Positions 42,052 to 52,999 of a stretch of DNA of 64,000 nucleotides are shown here, piece by piece (the stretch's first letter is position 1; each line of letters begins with the position of its first letter). A program made the position numbers and the translations under genes. The DNA is from Arcobacteraceae bacterium. Its GTDB lineage: Bacteria > Campylobacterota > Campylobacteria > Campylobacterales > Arcobacteraceae. The stretch is from the NCBI GenBank assembly GCA_048268245.1, contig JBLWVX010000001.1, positions 64,001 to 128,000 of the forward strand, in the 5' to 3' direction. Below the pieces are notes generated by a model. It saw nothing but the letters and a program-made list of their open reading frames with translations, had not been told where the DNA came from and ran no database searches.

Positions 42052-43395
42052 AAAAACTCTACTCATAAACTCTTTATCGCCATATGCAACTATTTGTTTT
42101 TCTAAACTCTCAATTCTTGAAATCTCACTTTTCGCTTTTTCTTTCCAGTATTCTAGTTTTTGAACTAAAACATCATCTATTTCAATAGCTTCATATTTTT
42201 GGGTGATATCGTTTAAACTATCTTCTAAATCATCTATTTCTAATTGATGATTTAATTTCATTTGATGTATTTGTTTTTCATATTTTGAAGTTAATTCATC
42301 TACTTTTTCATTTAATTTTTTTACTCTATATTCTAGTTGAGCATTTTCATTTGAAAGTTTTATTATATTTGAGTGTTCACTTGCTTTCTTTTTATAGCTA
42401 GCTAGTTCTGTTTTAAGGTGTTTATTTTGAAGACTATATTTTTCTAAAGAGTAAATATATTTTTCTATATCTCTTTGAGCTTTTTCAAAATCATTTTTTA
42501 TAACTACAAGCTCTTTTTTTAGATTGTTTATAATCATATTTTGTTCAATAGAACCTTCTTTACTTCTAATAAATATTTCACTTTTATCTTTCATTAAAGA
42601 TAGTTGTATATTTCTTTTTTTATTTATTTCATCAGTAATATCTCTTTGAATAGAAATAGCCCCTGTAATTTTGCCTATATCATTTAACACAGGAATAATA
42701 TAACAATCAGTAGTAAAAGTTTTATGTTCTTTTGTAAGATTCTTTAATACACCATGCCATGAGTTATTATTTAAAACTTGACTATACATCTTTGTGTAAA
42801 CTTCAGCACTCATATCAGGATGCTTTATGATCTTAAAATCTTGCCCCAATAATTCAGTCTCACTAAATCCTGTAATCTGACAAAAAAGTTCATTAACATA
42901 AGAAATTTTCATATATTCATCACATTTAACTACGATACTACTTGCATCAATTACTCTTTTGTATTCTTCAAGCTCTTTATTTTGCTTTCTTAATAAACTA
43001 TCTTGATATAACACATTTGCTAATTCATTCATTTCATTTAACAAATATCTTACATCTACAGGTTTTATTATATATTCATATACTTTTAATTTAATAGCTT
43101 TTGCTAGTAAGTCATTGTCAGAGTGTGCTGTAGTGATAAAAACAGGTATTTTTTTAGAATCTTTTCTAATTTTTTTTAACATATCTATACCATTTAGATG
43201 AGGCATATTTATGTCTGTTAGAATTACATCAATTTCATCTTTATTTTCATTGTAGGTATCAAGACCTTCTTGTCCATCTTTAGCTACAAATACTTTATCA
43301 AAGAAATCAGACAATAACTCTTGTAATTCATTTCTTACAACAGCATCATCTTCTACATAAAGTAATCTTAATTTCTTTAAAAGTTTCTTGTTCAT
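42046..43395 (-). CDS. REC-PAS protein with long C-terminal coiled coil
   Basis: VEDD, TDINMP, KP; PAS/PAC; ~180-aa heptad-rich tail with no catalytic motif. Confidence 0.82.
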   Translation of the reverse strand: MNKKLLKKLRLLYVEDDAVVRNELQELLSDFFDKVFVAKDGQEGLDTYNENKDEIDVILTDINMPHLNGIDMLKKIRKDSKKIPVFITTAHSDNDLLAKAIKLKVYEYIIKPVDVRYLLNEMNELANVLYQDSLLRKQNKELEEYKRVIDASSIVVKCDEYMKISYVNELFCQITGFSETELLGQDFKIIKHPDMSAEVYTKMYSQVLNNNSWHGVLKNLTKEHKTFTTDCYIIPVLNDIGKITGAISIQRDITDEINKKRNIQLSLMKDKSEIFIRSKEGSIEQNMIINNLKKELVVIKNDFEKAQRDIEKYIYSLEKYSLQNKHLKTELASYKKKASEHSNIIKLSNENAQLEYRVKKLNEKVDELTSKYEKQIHQMKLNHQLEIDDLEDSLNDITQKYEAIEIDDVLVQKLEYWKEKAKSEISRIESLEKQIVAYGDKEFMSRVFK

Positions 43396-43404
43396 TTATG
43401 TATT

Positions 43405-43797
43405 TTATTTAATATCCATATTTGAAATTAACTTTATGAAGTTTATAAAATCAAATGGTTTACATAAGTAATCTTTTACACCTAAATTTTTAGCTTCAGT
43501 GATATACTCAGATTCAGTATGAGCAGACATAACAACTATAGGAGTATCAAAATTTTCTTCTTTTTTTAATGTTTTTATTAATTCAATCCCGTCCATTTGA
43601 GGCATATTTATATCTGTTGCTATGATATTTATATCAGGATTCTTATTGAAAACATCTAGTGCTTCTACACCATTTGTAGCAGTATAATACTCAACTTCTA
43701 GACTATCTAATGCATTTGTTATTATTTCTAATAAATCAGCCTCATCTTCAACAAAAAGAACTTTCAGTTCTCTTAATCTATCGATCATATCTGTCAT
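43405..43797 (-). CDS. Single-domain response regulator
   Basis: VEDE, TDINMP, MSA, KP. Confidence 0.9.
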   Translation of the reverse strand: MTDMIDRLRELKVLFVEDEADLLEIITNALDSLEVEYYTATNGVEALDVFNKNPDINIIATDINMPQMDGIELIKTLKKEENFDTPIVVMSAHTESEYITEAKNLGVKDYLCKPFDFINFIKLISNMDIK

Positions 43798-43798
43798 A

Positions 43799-44290
43799 TT
43801 AGTCTTTTAACTCTTCTTTCGCAACTACTTTTTCAATATCCATGATTACAAGCATTTCATTGTTATCTAATCTTACATAACCTTTTAAGTATTTAGCAGG
43901 AATTGCAGAACCCATTTCAGAAACAGGTGCTAAGGTACTTGTATCTAATCTTTGTACATCATCAACTAAGTCAACAACAATACCAATCATTCTACTATCT
44001 TCAGTTATTACTGCAATTACAGAAGTGTTTTCATCATAAACTGGGTTTTCATTTGTATTAAACTTGATTCTTACATCCAAAATAGGTACAACTTCACCTC
44101 TTAAGTTAATAAGACCTTTTACCCAACTAGAAGTATTTGGTAAAACTGTGATATTTTCTGGGTAAGTTAAAATTTCTCTAATTTTAGGTAATTCAATTGC
44201 ATATTTCATTGCACCAAGTTCAAAAGTCATAAACTCACTTGTATTAGCATAATCAACAACTTCTACATTCTCTTTTTCATTAGTTTCCAT
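43799..44290 (-). CDS. cheW: Chemotaxis coupling protein CheW
   Basis: GLINLRGEVVPILD, GIVVD.V. Confidence 0.93.
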   Translation of the reverse strand: METNEKENVEVVDYANTSEFMTFELGAMKYAIELPKIREILTYPENITVLPNTSSWVKGLINLRGEVVPILDVRIKFNTNENPVYDENTSVIAVITEDSRMIGIVVDLVDDVQRLDTSTLAPVSEMGSAIPAKYLKGYVRLDNNEMLVIMDIEKVVAKEELKD

Positions 44291-44411
44291 AAAGTTTCCT
44301 TTTAAAGGCTATATTACTAGTTAATTATAAATTATATGTATTGCAATAAATACAAAGATTACATGTTATACTAGAAGTTATGCTTATTTTATCTTTTCTA
44401 AACTTAAAAAA

Positions 44412-45665
44412 TTATTGTTTTTGTATCTCATCAATTGTACAACTTGCAATATACGCGGGTGTTTGAAGAGATATTTTATCAGATTTTTTCAAATCCTCCA
44501 ATGAAATCACTTTATTATTTTTAGTAATTTGAACAAATCCTTTCTTATCTTTTTTATTAGGATGGTTTTGTTCATAACTATTTTTAAGCATAGTAACTTG
44601 ACTTTGCATTTGTGAATGTCTTTGCTCAATTCTATTTGAAAAACTAGTTTTTAAGAAATTCAAGTCATTGTTTGCAACAACAATTTTTTGAGAAATTTCT
44701 GCTTGAAAAGATGATTTTAAAAGTTTTATTTGAGATTCAATAAAATTAAACTTTGAATCAAGAGAATTTTGCTCAAACAATCTTCTTAAATTTGTAAGGT
44801 TTTGCTGCTTTATTTCTACAACTCTTTTTATTTTTGATATATATTCATTTGCTAAACTATCTAAATATATTCTATGTTCATTAACATCAGGAAGTGCAAT
44901 TTCTATTGCATTTGAAGGAGTTGCAGCTCTTACATCAGCTACGAAATCAGAAATCAAATAATCAACTTCATGACCAACTGCTGAAATAATAGGAGTTTTA
45001 GCTTCATAAATAGCATTGGCAACAATCTCTTCATTAAAAGACCATAAATCTTCAATACTTCCACCACCACGACCTACAATCATAATATCACAGTTTAAGC
45101 TATCTGCATATTTTATACTTTGAGATATATCATAAGCAGAACCTTCACCTTGAACTAATGCAGGTATTAAAATAAACTCAACTAAAGGCCATCTATGATG
45201 AGCTACTTTTTTCATATCTTCAATTGCAGCACCAGTAGGTGAAGTAACTAAAGCTATTTTTTTAGGGTATTTTGGTAATTGCTTTTTTACTTCAGGAGTA
45301 AAATAACCTTTTTGTTCTAGCTTATTTTTTAATTGCTCAAAGGCAAGAGCAAGTGCCCCTTGTCCTGATGGCTCAATTTTACTACATAAAAGTTGATAGT
45401 TCCCTCTTGGTGCATATACAGTAATATTTCCTGTGATTACTACTTTCTGCCCTACTTCAAGTTGGAACTTTAGATATTTTGCATTTCCTCTGAACATTAC
45501 ACATGAAATAGTAGAACTACTATCTTTTACAGAAAAATAGACATGTCCAGAGTTATGATAAGTTAAGTTTGAGATTTCACCTTCAACATAAACTTTTATA
45601 AAAGTTGTTTCAAGTAGTGATTTTATTTGAGCGTTTAAAGAGCTTACACTAATAGGGTTATTCAA
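44412..45665 (-). CDS. xseA: Exodeoxyribonuclease VII large subunit
   Basis: VEGEISN, SGHVYF, VTSPTGAA, RGGGSIEDLW.FN, VGHEVD, ATPS. Confidence 0.96.
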   Translation of the reverse strand: MNNPISVSSLNAQIKSLLETTFIKVYVEGEISNLTYHNSGHVYFSVKDSSSTISCVMFRGNAKYLKFQLEVGQKVVITGNITVYAPRGNYQLLCSKIEPSGQGALALAFEQLKNKLEQKGYFTPEVKKQLPKYPKKIALVTSPTGAAIEDMKKVAHHRWPLVEFILIPALVQGEGSAYDISQSIKYADSLNCDIMIVGRGGGSIEDLWSFNEEIVANAIYEAKTPIISAVGHEVDYLISDFVADVRAATPSNAIEIALPDVNEHRIYLDSLANEYISKIKRVVEIKQQNLTNLRRLFEQNSLDSKFNFIESQIKLLKSSFQAEISQKIVVANNDLNFLKTSFSNRIEQRHSQMQSQVTMLKNSYEQNHPNKKDKKGFVQITKNNKVISLEDLKKSDKISLQTPAYIASCTIDEIQKQ

Positions 45666-45688
45666 TTATAATCCTTACAACAAGAAAA

Positions 45689-46399
45689 CTAAAGTTTTCT
45701 TGCGATGATTAAAGTAGAAATATTCATAGAAAAAGATTTTACATGAACAGGCTCTAATCCAGCTTGTTTTAACTCTTTGCATAAATTATCTTTTGTTAAA
45801 AACTCATCAATTGAGTTTGGTAAATAAGTATATGCTTCTTTATTTCTTGAAATTAATCCACCTAAAGTAGGTAAAATCTTATTCATATAAAAATCAGTTA
45901 AATAATCTAAAGGGTTTGTTTTTTCATTTTTTGTAAACTCAGAAATTACAACAAGACCACCTTTTTTTAGTGCTCTTGCAAATTCGTCAAAAGCTTCTTG
46001 TCTTTCAACTACATTTCTAATCCCATAAGAAATTGAAATAATATCAGTGCTCTCATCCTCAAGTGGCATATCCGTAGCAAAAGCTTCAATAAACTGTACA
46101 TCAGGAAGTTTTTTCTTTCCTACTTCCATCATACCAACACTAGGATCAATACCTATAATATTTTTTAAAGTAATATTATTCTCTTTTGCAATTTGCTTCC
46201 AAAACATTATCATATCACCAGTACCACAAGCAACATCAACTATCTTTTCAATCTCTTTTTTGTCGTAAAGTTCAAATGTTTTATTACAAGCTTTATTTCT
46301 CCAAGATTTATCAATGCCCATTGATAAAACTCTATTAGCCACATCATAAGTTCCTGCAATGTCGTTAAACATTGATACGATTTTTTCTTGTTTACCCAT
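45689..46399 (-). CDS. ubiE: Demethylmenaquinone/ubiquinone methyltransferase
   Basis: MFNDIAGTYD..NRVLSMG, DVACGTGD, YGIRNV, YTYLPNSI. Confidence 0.93.
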   Translation of the reverse strand: MGKQEKIVSMFNDIAGTYDVANRVLSMGIDKSWRNKACNKTFELYDKKEIEKIVDVACGTGDMIMFWKQIAKENNITLKNIIGIDPSVGMMEVGKKKLPDVQFIEAFATDMPLEDESTDIISISYGIRNVVERQEAFDEFARALKKGGLVVISEFTKNEKTNPLDYLTDFYMNKILPTLGGLISRNKEAYTYLPNSIDEFLTKDNLCKELKQAGLEPVHVKSFSMNISTLIIARKL

Positions 46400-46425
46400 A
46401 ATTTATAAAATCCTATTCATATTTT

Positions 46426-46695
46426 TTAAAAAATAAATTTGCCAACTAAAAGACCTAAAATAAATCCAATATTTACAGCTAAAGCAAGATATAAAATTGA
46501 GATTTTTTTATCTGCTTTTGGTACCATAGTTAATATATCTTCTTGCTTTTTTAATGTTTCATTAAAATATAAGTTTGATTCTTCAAAAGCTTTAGATGAT
46601 TTTTCTAAATTCTTAGTTGCCTTCCTTAAAGAAAGTTCTGAAAATTCCATTCGTTCAACAAGCTCTTTTGCTTGTTTAAAACTCATATCACTCAT
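46426..46695 (-). CDS. Small hypothetical coiled-coil protein with C-terminal TM helix
   Basis: 89 aa; ATGA overlap with the upstream ATPase gene. Confidence 0.65.
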   Translation of the reverse strand: MSDMSFKQAKELVERMEFSELSLRKATKNLEKSSKAFEESNLYFNETLKKQEDILTMVPKADKKISILYLALAVNIGFILGLLVGKFIF

Positions 46696-47486
46696 TTCTT
46701 AATATCAATCCACTGATCTAAATCACAAAAAATTCTATTTAATACATTGATTACATAATCTTTTGCTTCTGTTTGGATTCTTCTAAAGAAAAGATACTTT
46801 CTAGCACTTTCAATATCACCCATCTCTTTTGCTTGTATAGCCTTTGCTCCAAAGTCTGTATTGTTATAAGCCATTTCCCAAACTGTTGAACCTAAGTATC
46901 TACTCATTGTAATTACTTTATCATTTTGTACAGGGAAATACTTTGGATCTTTTACAAAATCACAAATAACAGAATTTGAGTCTAAATATTTGTGACCAAA
47001 AAAGTTAATAAACTGTTCTTGATAATAATCTTCTTCCATAGAAATAGCTCTATTTAAACCAAAGATAATATTCTCTTCTGGATTTCTTTCAATCTTTCTG
47101 ATTTTTTTCATAGTAGCTATAGCATTTTTACCATCTAGTTCCCCATCACCTAAAGGAATTATCCATTTTACATTTCCAAATGAACCTACTTTTTTAATCT
47201 CATCAAGAACTAATGTTGAAGTTTTATTTCCACCAACATCTACAATAACCTCATGGTTATCATCCATTAAAATTAACTCATCTAAATCAGTTATTCTATT
47301 TGTTCCAAGCATTCTTTTATTTACGATTTCTGTTCTCGTAAAAGACTTACTATCATTATTCTCATCATCAACTTCAATGTATGTTATTTTTTTTCCATGT
47401 TTTTTATATAAATATGGAGCAATAACTTGCATAGCAACTGTAGACTTACCTACACCACCTTTTGTTTGTGGAATTATAATCATCAA
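46692..47486 (-). CDS. ParA/MinD-like P-loop NTPase, function unknown
   Basis: KGGVGKST deviant Walker A; IVDVGG Walker B. Confidence 0.75.
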   Translation of the reverse strand: MMIIIPQTKGGVGKSTVAMQVIAPYLYKKHGKKITYIEVDDENNDSKSFTRTEIVNKRMLGTNRITDLDELILMDDNHEVIVDVGGNKTSTLVLDEIKKVGSFGNVKWIIPLGDGELDGKNAIATMKKIRKIERNPEENIIFGLNRAISMEEDYYQEQFINFFGHKYLDSNSVICDFVKDPKYFPVQNDKVITMSRYLGSTVWEMAYNNTDFGAKAIQAKEMGDIESARKYLFFRRIQTEAKDYVINVLNRIFCDLDQWIDIKK

Positions 47487-48128
47487 TTAACCCTTTGGAT
47501 TGCGTTTCATAAACTCGACAATTTTGCCATGAAACCGTGCGTAAAGTTTGTTTAAACTAATCTCATAGCCATAAAGTTTGGCTATTTTATCGTAATTTTC
47601 ATTAATTCCGTATACTATCCATGTCTGTATATCGCAATATGAGTCAAACTCATATCCAAATCTTTTTAGCAATCTATTTGTATATGAATCTACTACCATA
47701 TATTCTTGATGACATGAATAACACAAAATTGCATCCGCTGTTTCTTGTCCTATACCCTTTTGAGATAGAAGCCAATCTCTAGTAACTCTATTTTTAAAGT
47801 TTTCAAAAGAACCAAACTCTTCTAAAATATTTTTACTTAATTGTATTAATCTTTTTGATTTTTGATTTTTGAAACCACTTGGAGTTATAGCATGAACTAA
47901 AACAGGAAGCTGTACTTCACTTAAGTTCTCTAAATTTAGTAAGTCAAGTTCTCTTAAATTCTCTAGTGATTTTTCTACGTTCTGCCATTTTGTATTTTGT
48001 GTAAGTATTGATCCTAGCAAGATTTCAAAATCATTACTATTAGGCCACCAATACTCTAAATGCGAAGGAATTAAGTCTTGATTTTTTAAATAAACTAATA
48101 AATCATAAGAGCTATTAATCTCAGTCAA
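47487..48128 (-). CDS. HhH-GPD DNA glycosylase (3-methyladenine glycosylase III-like)
   Basis: ILTQNTKW, LLSQKGIGQETADAIL, VVDSY; no Fe-S Cys cluster. Confidence 0.88.
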   Translation of the reverse strand: MTEINSSYDLLVYLKNQDLIPSHLEYWWPNSNDFEILLGSILTQNTKWQNVEKSLENLRELDLLNLENLSEVQLPVLVHAITPSGFKNQKSKRLIQLSKNILEEFGSFENFKNRVTRDWLLSQKGIGQETADAILCYSCHQEYMVVDSYTNRLLKRFGYEFDSYCDIQTWIVYGINENYDKIAKLYGYEISLNKLYARFHGKIVEFMKRNPKG

Positions 48129-48984
48129 TCATAGCCCTTGTAATTATGTGCTCATCTTTATCACATAATTTTTTAATCTTAAAAGAATCAACTGCTTTTC
48201 CATCTTTTATATCAACTACCATGATTTGTAATATAGTTTTACAAGAATTAGGTATTTGAAAATGCCCTCCAAGTCCAGTAGTAGCTTTTTGAATAGGTAC
48301 ATGAGCATCCATTCCTATTACATTGTCTCTACATCCAGTAAGTCCAATATCTGTTAAATATGCAGTATTTTCAAAAATTTGTAAATCGTCTGTTCCTACA
48401 TGTGTATGAGTTCCACAAATAGCACTTACTTGATTTTTGAACATCATAAGCATAACTCTTTTTTCACTTGTAGCTTCACCATGAAAATCTATAAATATAT
48501 TTTTTACACCTTGCTCATGCAGGTTTGACACTATTTTTTTTGCCCAGTTAAAAGGGTTTTCAACTGTTGGCATTGAAAATTGCCCCATTAAATTTACAAC
48601 TGCAATTTTCTCTAAACCTTCACTAGTTTCAATCTCACAGATTCTCACTCCACTTCCAGGAATACCCTCCGGATAGTTATCAGGTCTTAATACAGGTTTT
48701 GTCTCAAGAAGAGTAAACATCTCTTTTTTCTTATCAAAAGAGTGATTGCCTCCTGTGATTACATCAATACCAGTTTTTAATAACTCATCACAGTTTTTAA
48801 TAGTCAACCCAAAACCATGACTTGCATTTTCTGCATTTGCAATCACAAAATCTATATTATACTCTTCTTTTATCTTTGCTAAATTCTCTTTTATTATCTT
48901 TCTTCCAGGTCTACCTACTATATCACCTATAAATGCTAATCTCAAATTTTTCCTTGTAGATTTTAAATTGGCAAATTGTATCAA
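48121..48984 (-). CDS. YmdB/TIGR00282 metallophosphoesterase
   Basis: GDIVGRPG, NAEN, GNH, DFHGEATSEK, GTHTHV. Confidence 0.93.
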   Translation of the reverse strand: MIQFANLKSTRKNLRLAFIGDIVGRPGRKIIKENLAKIKEEYNIDFVIANAENASHGFGLTIKNCDELLKTGIDVITGGNHSFDKKKEMFTLLETKPVLRPDNYPEGIPGSGVRICEIETSEGLEKIAVVNLMGQFSMPTVENPFNWAKKIVSNLHEQGVKNIFIDFHGEATSEKRVMLMMFKNQVSAICGTHTHVGTDDLQIFENTAYLTDIGLTGCRDNVIGMDAHVPIQKATTGLGGHFQIPNSCKTILQIMVVDIKDGKAVDSFKIKKLCDKDEHIITRAMID

Positions 48985-48993
48985 GTAAAAGTT

Positions 48994-50433
48994 TTAGTTT
49001 AGCTTTTTATCGTTTACGGTAATTACACCCTTATTTATTTTTAGATCAAACAAAATATCGTTTTTTTGCTCTTTTGCATATACACTTAAAAGCATTCCAA
49101 TAGTAGGATCAACTAATCTTAAAAAATTTATAAAATCATCTTTTGGTAAAACTAAAACTATATTTCCATCAACATTTGATAAAAGTTCCTTTTTATCTAA
49201 AGTCTGAAAAGAAAGAGTATTTTTATTTAAAACTAAATCAATATCTAAATCAATATTTTTAAATGATACATTTGTTTGTTGTAAATCTTTTAGATCAAGT
49301 TTTGTTTTTAGTGTAGCCCCATTATTTAGAACCTCATCAATAGATAGTATTAGATTATCAATTGCCGAAGTTAATTTTAATGATTTTTCATTTTTAGTTA
49401 AAGTATTGTCAAGAGTAATTAGTTCCATATTGATATAAGCACTATTTAAATTTTTTAAATCATTATATAAAATATCATTAAGTTTTAAATCAAAAATTAC
49501 TGAATTAATTGATAATTTATCTTTTCTTGATGAAAATTCAACATTATTAGTTTTTAAATCTAAATATGTTTGATATAAACCACTTTTTACTTCACCTTTT
49601 GACTTTAAATCAATTCCATTTATAGCTAAATCAATATCATTAACAGCAAATATAAAGTTTTCTAATTTTAGTTTTGAACTATTTATATACTCATCTAAAT
49701 AAGTAAAGTCATATACTAAAGAGTTTAAATCTATGATTGACTCTTTATTTGACGTAACTGTTTTTATCAAAAACCTATCAAGATTGATTTTAGCTTTCAA
49801 TAAATCTTTTTCAGAATAGTTATTAACAAAATAAGATAAAACTTTTAAATCAGTAGTTGATGTTTGCCCTATACTATTTGTAGAAACTATATTTTCATCA
49901 ATATCTTTTAAAGTAAGTTTTTTAAGAACTGCATTTTTACTTAATACGATATCAAAAGCTAAAGCTTTTTTTTCCAGTAAAGATAACATCTCTTGATTTT
50001 TATCTTTATTTTCATTTAGCTTTTTCATGATTTTATCTGAAAACTTATGAAGATATATATTTACATTTATATCACTATTATAATTGATATTTGAATTGTT
50101 AATATTACCTCTAAAAACAATACCTCTTAAAAACTCATCAAGTTCTTTACTATCTTCTTTTAATAAAGAATCAATTAACTCTTCATAAGTTGGGTATTTT
50201 TTAACAAAAGAAGCTTTTATAAACTCCTTAAATTCCTTTTCATCTTTTATTGTTAATTCAAACTCTCTTTTTGTTTTAAGATAACCACTAGAATTTAGGA
50301 CATCAACTTTTACACCCTTTTGTTCTAATAAAACTGTCTGTATTTGTACTTGCTCATCAATTATATTCTTAACCCCAAGTGGTGCTAACGCTAATAGTAT
50401 AAATACAACTATTAATAATGCGATTTTTTTCAT
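48994..50433 (-). CDS. Exported hypothetical protein (possibly YdgA/DUF945-like)
   Basis: N-terminal signal/anchor, beta-rich body, C-terminal ...ITVNDKKL pattern. Confidence 0.55.
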   Translation of the reverse strand: MKKIALLIVVFILLALAPLGVKNIIDEQVQIQTVLLEQKGVKVDVLNSSGYLKTKREFELTIKDEKEFKEFIKASFVKKYPTYEELIDSLLKEDSKELDEFLRGIVFRGNINNSNINYNSDINVNIYLHKFSDKIMKKLNENKDKNQEMLSLLEKKALAFDIVLSKNAVLKKLTLKDIDENIVSTNSIGQTSTTDLKVLSYFVNNYSEKDLLKAKINLDRFLIKTVTSNKESIIDLNSLVYDFTYLDEYINSSKLKLENFIFAVNDIDLAINGIDLKSKGEVKSGLYQTYLDLKTNNVEFSSRKDKLSINSVIFDLKLNDILYNDLKNLNSAYINMELITLDNTLTKNEKSLKLTSAIDNLILSIDEVLNNGATLKTKLDLKDLQQTNVSFKNIDLDIDLVLNKNTLSFQTLDKKELLSNVDGNIVLVLPKDDFINFLRLVDPTIGMLLSVYAKEQKNDILFDLKINKGVITVNDKKLN

Positions 50434-50437
50434 TTTT

Positions 50438-52999
50438 TTATCCTAATTCTTTTTTTAATTTTATTTCAAAAACTGCACCATTATCTTCATTAAATGCTAC
50501 AATTTCCCCTTCTTGTTGTTCAATAATTTTTTTTGCAATATTTAAACCAACACCCATTCCACTATGTTCCTTTGAAGAGATAAAAGGTTGAAAAATATTA
50601 TCAATGATATCTTTGTTGATACCACCTGCATTATCAATAAACCTAACTGTGATATTATTTTCATCTTCAAAAAGATTTATCTTTAACAACCTATTTTCAT
50701 AAGATTCAATCTTTACCAATTCATCAAAGGCATTATTTAAAATAATAATCCAAACTTGCTCTAATCTTTGTTTTTGTGCAAGGCTTTTATAAACATATCT
50801 ATTTTTGTCTATTTTATCTAAATTAAACTCTTCTTCGTTTATAAAGATAGGACATATTTGTTTTGATCTATTATATGCCATTGTCAATGCTGTTATTAAA
50901 GTAGAGTAAATATTAACACTCTCTTTTTTTTCATTTGAACTTTGTGAAATTTCTCTCATTGATTCTACAATATTTGCAATTCTATTAATACCATCATTTA
51001 TTTTAACACTATCTTCAAGCATTCTTTCTTTTAACTCACTAGGAGGTAAATCTTCAATATCATACCCCATCATTTCAAAATTACCTTTTATGTAAGTTAA
51101 TGGAGTGTTTATTTCATGGGTAATTCCAGCTGCTAATGCTCCAATTGAACTTAATTTGGCATTTTTTATTTGTTCTTGTTGATGTATTTTATCTTTTTGT
51201 CTACTTTTCTCAACCTCATCATTAATCTTTTGTTCAAGGTTTTGATTTAACTCTTGAAGTTTTCTTTTATCTTCTAGTGAATTTACAACTAAAACTAAAT
51301 GCTTCCTATCAGACAATAAGCTTAATGAAAGTTCAAGATGAATATCTTCACCATTTTTATTTATAAAAACCTTTTCAATACTTTTTATAGCACCAACTTG
51401 TAAAGTTTCTTCAAATATTTTCTTTAAAAACTCTTTTGATTCTTTTTCAATAAATTCAAAAAAACTCATTGATAATAGTTCATGATGATTATATAAAAGT
51501 AATTCACTTAACATCTTATTTACTTTTTTGAATTTCCCATTTAAGTCTATTAAAGCTATTCCACTATTTACATTCTCAAAAATTGTATTATATTGATTTA
51601 CTTGTGTATTTAAATCATCATAAAGTTTTTGTATTGTTTTTTTATCTGTTATATCATTTCTAATTACAGTAAAACCTACAAGAGTATTTTTAATATCATA
51701 GTTTGGTTCTATAAAAGATTCTGACCAAAAGTAACTACCATCTTTTTTAAGACACTTTAATTCTATTTTATAAAAGTTTCCTTTTTTTATATAATCCCAA
51801 ACTTTTTCATAAGTCTCTTTATCCATTTGTGGATGAATAAGTATTTTATGAGGATGTCCTATTAATTCACCTTTTGAAAAACCAGACACTTCACAAAAAG
51901 CATTACTTACATCTAAAATTATTCCATTTTTATCAAGTCTTATTGACATAATATGATTGTCAATTGTTTTTAAACTATCACTTAACTCTAAATAACTTTT
52001 TTTAACACTTAAGTTTAAATCTTTATTCTTTTCTACAATATTTTTATTTAATCTTGCAATTGGTTTAGTTAAAATAATAGTTAAAATGATACACAGTAAA
52101 AAAGCAACTATTATTACAGATTCAAAATAATCTTTAAATATATCTAAGCTATTTTTTATAAATGATTCATCTATTTTTACAATTACTATAATATATTTAT
52201 CACTTGCTATATATATTTTTTTTGAGATAAACTCACTAGATATCAACTCTTCTTTATTTAAAATTTGTTCTGAATAATTTGAATAGATGTTTTTTAAAGT
52301 ATAAGTAGGTATGAAATATTTAGACCAATCATATTTACTATTTTCATGTAATAAAAAGTTTCCTTCTTCATCTAAAATATAAGAATAAGAAATTGACCTT
52401 TTTTGTATTTTTTCAAATACTTTTCTTATATCAATATCTAAAATTATAAACAAGTCATTTACTCGTAATATATAGCTTTGTAAAGATACCAAAGGAAAGT
52501 TTATTTCATTGTTTTTTCTTAAAAGATATAAATTTGAATAATAAACATCTTTTTTATTAGAAGCTAATATCTCTTTAAATAAATGAGTTCTTTTTATATT
52601 GTTCAACTCAAAATCTTCTTTTAAATTATTGTATTTATCAAAATATATTTTTATTTTTTCATTTGCATTAAAGTCAACAATTCTAAAGCTAAAAAGTTCT
52701 GATTTAGTAGTTTTTATACTTTGAATAAACTCTTTTAAGAATTTACTATTGCCTTTTTCTAAATATGTTTTTAAAGCACTACTGTTTTTGATATCAACTA
52801 AAATTCTATTACTTGTATTTTTATATTCATCAACTATTTTTTGTGTTTCTTGTAGATTCGAAAAAATAGTATTTATATTTTTATCTTGAATATCATTTGT
52901 ATAAAATTTTTCAAAAGTAAATAATGAAAATATAAGCAGGAAAGCTGCAAATAAAATAAAAGTAAAGAAGAGTTTTGTATAAAAGTTTATTTTCATCAT
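50438..52999 (-). CDS. Membrane PAS-PAS sensor histidine kinase
   Basis: Two TM segments, two PAS domains, GITHEINTPL, DNAGG, GMGVGL. Confidence 0.92.
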   Translation of the reverse strand: MMKINFYTKLFFTFILFAAFLLIFSLFTFEKFYTNDIQDKNINTIFSNLQETQKIVDEYKNTSNRILVDIKNSSALKTYLEKGNSKFLKEFIQSIKTTKSELFSFRIVDFNANEKIKIYFDKYNNLKEDFELNNIKRTHLFKEILASNKKDVYYSNLYLLRKNNEINFPLVSLQSYILRVNDLFIILDIDIRKVFEKIQKRSISYSYILDEEGNFLLHENSKYDWSKYFIPTYTLKNIYSNYSEQILNKEELISSEFISKKIYIASDKYIIVIVKIDESFIKNSLDIFKDYFESVIIVAFLLCIILTIILTKPIARLNKNIVEKNKDLNLSVKKSYLELSDSLKTIDNHIMSIRLDKNGIILDVSNAFCEVSGFSKGELIGHPHKILIHPQMDKETYEKVWDYIKKGNFYKIELKCLKKDGSYFWSESFIEPNYDIKNTLVGFTVIRNDITDKKTIQKLYDDLNTQVNQYNTIFENVNSGIALIDLNGKFKKVNKMLSELLLYNHHELLSMSFFEFIEKESKEFLKKIFEETLQVGAIKSIEKVFINKNGEDIHLELSLSLLSDRKHLVLVVNSLEDKRKLQELNQNLEQKINDEVEKSRQKDKIHQQEQIKNAKLSSIGALAAGITHEINTPLTYIKGNFEMMGYDIEDLPPSELKERMLEDSVKINDGINRIANIVESMREISQSSNEKKESVNIYSTLITALTMAYNRSKQICPIFINEEEFNLDKIDKNRYVYKSLAQKQRLEQVWIIILNNAFDELVKIESYENRLLKINLFEDENNITVRFIDNAGGINKDIIDNIFQPFISSKEHSGMGVGLNIAKKIIEQQEGEIVAFNEDNGAVFEIKLKKELG

